From assembly GCF_000142905.1 (NCBI RefSeq), contig NW_013657657.1, forward strand, positions 1-64,000: a stretch of DNA of 64,000 bases, in the 5' to 3' direction. Made by a program: the position numbers and the translations under genes. Positions 58,801 through 64,000 of this stretch are shown here, piece after piece; positions within the stretch are counted from its first letter, which is position 1, and every line of letters starts with the position of its first letter. Origin of the DNA: Thecamonas trahens ATCC 50062. Its lineage: Eukaryota; Protista; Apusomonadida. Below the pieces are notes generated by a model. It did no database searches. It was not told the DNA's origin and saw only the letters and a program-made list of their open reading frames with translations.

Positions 58801-61800
58801 TTGTGGCACGACTGACCAGGCTTGATCCGCATGTCATCTCGGGTGAGTGCGCTGCCGAGGTGATGCGGTACACCGACATGCCTTTCTTCTCAAAGGAGGG
58901 TCTCCGGCTGGCCGGAACGGCAGTGGCGGCGCTCGCCGACTGGGTTGTCTCCATCATGTCGTACCACCACGCGTATCAGGAGGTACTTCCGGTGGAGAAC
59001 GAGCTTAACAAGGTCCGCGCGAGCCTCGAGATGGCGCAGACACGGGTGCTCTCGCTTCGGGAGCGGGTCGATGAGCTCGGAGGGCGCATCCAGGTGCTTA
59101 CGGCCTCGTTTGAGGTCGCATCGTCGGAGAAGATCACCCAATCGCAAAAGGTAGTCGAGATCCGCGACCAGCTCGAGAAGGCCCGCCGTGTACATAGTGT
59201 CCTCGCGCCGCTCTCGTCCGAGTGGAGGCTTGGCGTACTGGACATCGGCTCGCGCATCTACGCGCTCGTTGCCGACGCGCTTCTCGCGGCGTCATTTGTC
59301 ACGTTTGCTGGCCAGTTTGACGAGACCACACGTGCCGAGCTGATGGACTCGGTGTGGAAGCACGACTTGCAGCAGCGGGCGTTCCCGGTCTCTGAGCACG
59401 TACCTGGCGTGGCGCTGCTGACGAGCATGGAGGATGTGCTCCGGTGGCAAACGCTCGAGCTCGACGACAACATGATGCTGACCCAAAACGTGACCATTTT
59501 GCTCAACGCAGTTCGAACTGTGGTCCTCATCGATCCAGCACACTCGCTAGTCGCCTTTCTCAAGCGGCTGTACGACGACCTCGGCATGCGGCGCAAGGCT
59601 GCAGCGGCAACGCTTCAATCGTGGGTCATGAACGTGGTTGCCGGCCAAGCCGCCGCCGGGCGAAAGAGGAGCTCGACAACCAACGCCGGAGCCAAGGCCG
59701 AGATGACCAATGCGCGTGGCTCGCAACGGACACGCAATCGCATGGCGCGTCTGAGACGGATGAACTCGACGACACCAGGGGCATCGATCTCAAACTCGGT
59801 GTCCCCATCGGTCTCGCGGTCGCGATCTCGGTCGCGGTCACGGTCGCGCTCGCGGTCGCGGTCGCGGTCGCACACACGGGCACAGCACCGGGTGAGGCAA
59901 CGCGCGGCAAAGCAGTCGCACACGAGCGAGTCGAGCTCGACAAGCTCGAGCTCGATCAGCAGCGATGGCAGCGATGGCAGCGATGGTTCCGAGAGCGAGA
60001 CGGACGGGTCGTCGGACTCGTCTCATGGTCACTTTTTGCGATCGATCCACAATTCGGCGGCATCGCTGCTGGCCTCGGTCTCGTCGGGCGTGTTGGCTGA
60101 CGCTGCCGATGCTTCGCAGACTATTGTGGAGGCTGTTGAGGCGGCACTGCTCGCGCTTGCGACGCCGAGTCGGGAGTTGAGCTCGGTGTTGAAGGAGCTC
60201 GCCAATGAGGGGCCGGCGGCTGTAGCTCAGTTTGTCGATGCGCTGCTGCCACCTGCACAGAGTGTGACGATTCTCAACTGGGAGACCAAGTCGCGCGGCC
60301 TCCTCCGAACCCAACTGGAGAACGCGGTGACGCATGGCTCGCTTGCTCTGTTCCTTGTCTCGGATGCGTCGCTAGTGCCAGCCGAGCTGGAGGCGCTGGT
60401 GGCGCGCCGAACGGTGACTGAAGGCGGGACCAAGTACGTGTCACTGGGCGAGGGGACCAAGGTTGAGTTTAACGACGCGTTCCGGCTGGTGGTGGTGGTG
60501 ACCGAGTGGTGCTTGCCGCTGGAGCCTGCGTGGCTCCGGCCGCACGTCAACGTAATCAACGGCGTTCCGCTTGAGGTTGCCCTCGAGTCGCGACTTTTTA
60601 TGTCGTCGTGTACCGCGCTGATGCCTGGGGTGCTTGCTGACGAGCGGATGCTCGCGGGTGCGTGGCTGGATCTTTCTGCGGCCAGCGAGCGGCTGGCGAA
60701 CGCGCTGCTCCACCATGTGGCGTACACGCCGCTGGTCTCAGCCGACTTTCACGCTGAGCACTTGTTCAACTTGCCTCCTGGAGCCGGGCCGCCGCGGCCA
60801 GCGCGCGGGGATCGTACAGTCCGGCCTGTGCGCGGAAGCAATGACGATGGTGGAGGCGAAGATAGGAGCGGGAGAGGACTGGCAGCCGGACCGGCGGAGC
60901 GGCGGCGGCGGATGCTGCGGCGTGGCGAGTCGATTGCGCGGCTGGGCGCGGGGCGGGCGTCCAGCTCGGAGCTTTCGCGGCGGGGCACGGCGTCGATGAC
61001 ATCGCTCGGTGAGAGCGGCGAGTTCCCGCTCCGGTACAACTCGATCTTTTCGACAACTGACTATGTGCGTGCGGCCGAGGCTGCCGACATGGCGGCTGGG
61101 CCGTTTGAGTCGCTTGTGGAAGGATTTTCCAAGCTCTCGCACCTGGTCAAGCTCAAGCTGACGGTGGAGGAGACAGTGGAGGAGGTGGAGAACGCCAACT
61201 CGATGCGGCAGATGGAGCTCGAGGCGCTGCGGCCGCTTGCGGCGCGCGGGCGGCTGGTGCACTCTGTCTTTACCCGGTTTGCGCGCCTCGACGAGCTGCA
61301 GGACTACGATGTCCGGCTCTACCTTCGGGTGTACTCGTCGATTGTGGACGAGTTTGCGCGCGAGTCGGGGCTGCTTAGCTCGGACCGAGTCGGTGAGCTT
61401 GTGGGCCAAGTCACGCTCTCGCTGTTCCGGATGTATCTTCGCGGCCTCTCGCGCGAGACCAAGGACGTGGCCGGTCCTGTCCTCTGTTTCTCGATCATGC
61501 TTGCCGAAGGCAGCCTCACCGACACGCAGATGGCGTTGCTTGTGGCACCTGAAGGCGGCGAGGACGGATCGGTGCGCAGCGGAAGCGGCAGGAGCGGGGG
61601 CGTGGAGAACAACCCGCTCTCGCCGTACTTTTCGCTCGAGCAGTGGCGTGCGCTTCACGCGCTCTCGAACACACACGAGGGCGACCTGTCGCAGCTCTCG
61701 CTGGTGGTGCTCGGCGCGCCGGAGGTGTGGTCGCGATGGGCGGTGCAAGACGCGCCCGAGGCGGTGCCGCTGCCGGGCGAGTTTGGGCGGGTGTCGGACT

Positions 61801-64000
61801 TTGACAAGCTGCTTGTGATCCGTGCGCTGCGGCCGGACCGGCTGCAGCGGGCAATGGTCCGGTTCACGCGGCGGAACCTCGGAGCGGCGTTTGTAGCCGA
61901 GACCGAGTTTATGGCCGAGTTTATGGCAACGGTGGAAGGCGCGTCGCCAACGGTCCCGATTCTGTACGAGAGCGAGGCGCGGCTGACGCTGACCGAGCTA
62001 GTGTCGATGGCTGCGCGGAAGTCGGACATGCCGTTGTCGCAAGTCCGCGTTGTGCACTTTGGCGCCGCGTTGCCGCAGCAAGAGTTTGGCGCTGCTGGCG
62101 ACGAAGATCTGCTGGATGCGGTGCGAAAGGCGGTGCGCAAGGCGCATCGGCGCGGGCACTGGCTGGTGCTGGAAAACGCACACGCGATGAACGCCTCGTG
62201 GTTTGCACACCTCCAACAGTGGCTCGCCAAGGGGCCACGCACCGGCCGGGCGCGTGTTTTTATCTCGTTTGAGCCCGTGGTCCGCCCGGGCGGCTCGCCG
62301 CGGATCCCGCTGCCCAAATGGCTTGTGCGTGAGGCGTTCAAGTTTGTGGCGCGCGAGGTCGGCTCGCTCCCGCAAGTGCTCGATCGGACGGTTGCGGCGG
62401 TGACGGCTTCGCAGTGGCAGGCTACCCCTGTGGTCATCGGCCTTGCGTACATCCACGCGGTGTTTGTCATGCGCGAGCGGTACTTGGCAGTGGGGTGGAA
62501 CGATGAGCACGCCTTTGCGCTCCGTGACTTTGTGTACGGTCTCTCGCTGCTACGAGCGGTGATGGAGTCGTCCGAAGCCGCTGACGTGCCGTACAAGCTG
62601 GTGCGGTATCTGGTGACGGAGATCGGGTACGGTGGGCTCATGCTCGACGAGCGCGACGAGCGGACGGTCAACGTGTACGCCGGGCGGGTACTCAAGGCCG
62701 ACCTCGATCCGACCTCGCTGCTAGTCACGGCGTCGGGGCTGGACGCCGAGACGGTGGCGAGTGCGGCGGCGAGCATGCCGATGCTCAGCCTCGAGTGGGC
62801 TCAGTTGTGGCGCGACGGGCAGCAAGCGCAGTGGTCGAGGCTCGCGAGGCCGAAGCCGAGCTGGAGCCCGGTACGAGCGAGAGCGGCGAGGCACAGCTGA
62901 GCCTTGTCTCGCGGGCCGGGCTCGAGCTCGGTGAGCTGGCCGAGATGGACGAGACGGTGCGGCGGCAGGCAGACGCGGCCGAGGCGCGGCAGCGGATCGA
63001 AACGATGCGGGTGCTGATGGAGTCACCGTCGGTGATGCGGTGGCGACTGTCGCAGACGGCGACGGTGGAGAACATGGTGCAGGACTTTCTCGAGCGGCTG
63101 CCGGGCCTGTTTGACCTGGCGGATGTGCTGGAGCGGCTGGAGGGCAAGCAGTCGCCGTTTGTCGACGCGTTTGTGCAAGAAGTCGACCGCGCCAACGGGG
63201 TCATCACCTCGCTCCGCTCATTCCTCGTTCTCCTCGACGCCGGCCTCCGGGCCGAAGTCGCGGTCTCGCCGGGCATGCAGTCGATGATGGAGGCACTGAC
63301 GGCCGGGAGCGTACCTGCGCTCTGGCAGGAGCTGTACATCTCGTCGCTGCGGCCGGTCAAGGGCTGGTTCGCCAACCTCCTCGCCCGCATTGCCATGCTC
63401 CGCGAGTGGGTGACGACGCTCACGCTTCCGGACGTGGTCGACCTCTCGCTCCTCTTTGCGCCGTGGTCGTACCTCTCTGCCATCAAGCAAGTGACGGCGC
63501 GGAAGAACCACTGGGACTATGACAAGCTGACGCTCAAGACCCGAGTCACCGGCCTCGCTGTCGACGGCATGATCCGTCTTCCCAAGGACGGCGTGCTCGT
63601 GACCGGCATGTGGCTCGAAGGCTGCGTGTGGGAGGAAGGCCGCGGCCTGGTGCTCTCGCGGAACCAGCCTGACTACGCGGCGCAGCTCTACACCTCGCAG
63701 TCGAAGCTCTCGGTTGTCCACGTGGTGGCGGTGCAGGAGGCCAAGCGCGGCCCTGCCCGCCGTGGCAAGCGCCACTTTCAGGCCTCTGGCGGCCCGGCGT
63801 GGGGCGAGATCGGCCCGGGCATGGCATCGGTCTTTGACGCCGACCACGACGTCGACGCCGAGGTCCTCGGCCCCGCCAAGCAGCAGGAAGTCGCCGACAA
63901 GCAGTACGAGTGCCCAGTCTACATCTCGCAAGAGCGCGGGACCTCGTACCTCTTCACCTCGCTCCTCGAGACCGACGAGAGCGTGCACGAGTGTGTCGAG
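43877..64000 (+). CDS. Divergent giant axonemal dynein heavy chain (outer-arm beta-derived), incomplete at window end; frame breaks near 56236, 56935 and 62735-62820
   Basis: Tail GQTLLPLP, LETAIVMWSKQIKGVL, IRDRHWK; linker FPRLYLL; AAA1 GPHDTGKT; AAA2 GPTGVGKT and WIVLDGDI; AAA3 GEPGVGKS and YIDDMNMP; stalk/MTBD TELRTMVNPP; AAA6 GHWLVLENAH; C-terminal SPFVDAFVQEVDR and YECPVY in the unlisted frame after 62820. Confidence 0.93.

Noticed and set aside
1-64000. tRNA, rRNA or transposon genes
   Set aside because: None recognised by eye; tRNAscan-SE and Infernal were not run

Overview
Telomere-proximal 64 kb of a GC-rich, intron-poor, gene-dense eukaryotic chromosome end. The ciliary genes point to a flagellated protist; the style resembles an apusomonad such as Thecamonas, but that is inference only. 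The window opens with about 860 bp of (CCCTAA)n, then a 21-bp junction repeat and about 3 kb of non-coding subtelomere with internal duplications. About 21 tightly packed genes follow: a TmcB-like membrane/STAND-like/TPR/DEP protein, a short CEP135/BLD10 homolog, VPS29, a SEL1-repeat protein, a PH-PH-CH-CH protein, a perilipin-like protein, TMEM218, an F-BAR protein, alkaline ceramidase, an E2-F-box fusion, TDP2, IFT46, a NOXRED1/P5CR-like reductase, PMS1, NBS1, a GNAT, a PAQR, a PP2C, a VPS9-coiled-coil-FYVE protein, a Josephin-UIM-NZF deubiquitinase and an EamA-like transporter. The last gene is a dynein heavy chain of more than 6700 aa, derived from the outer-arm beta type, with degenerate AAA1 catalytic residues; it runs off the window end. 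Four genes carry frame breaks (six in total), all explicable as missing single bases, most likely assembly errors. All assignments come from manual motif recognition; no database searches were run.
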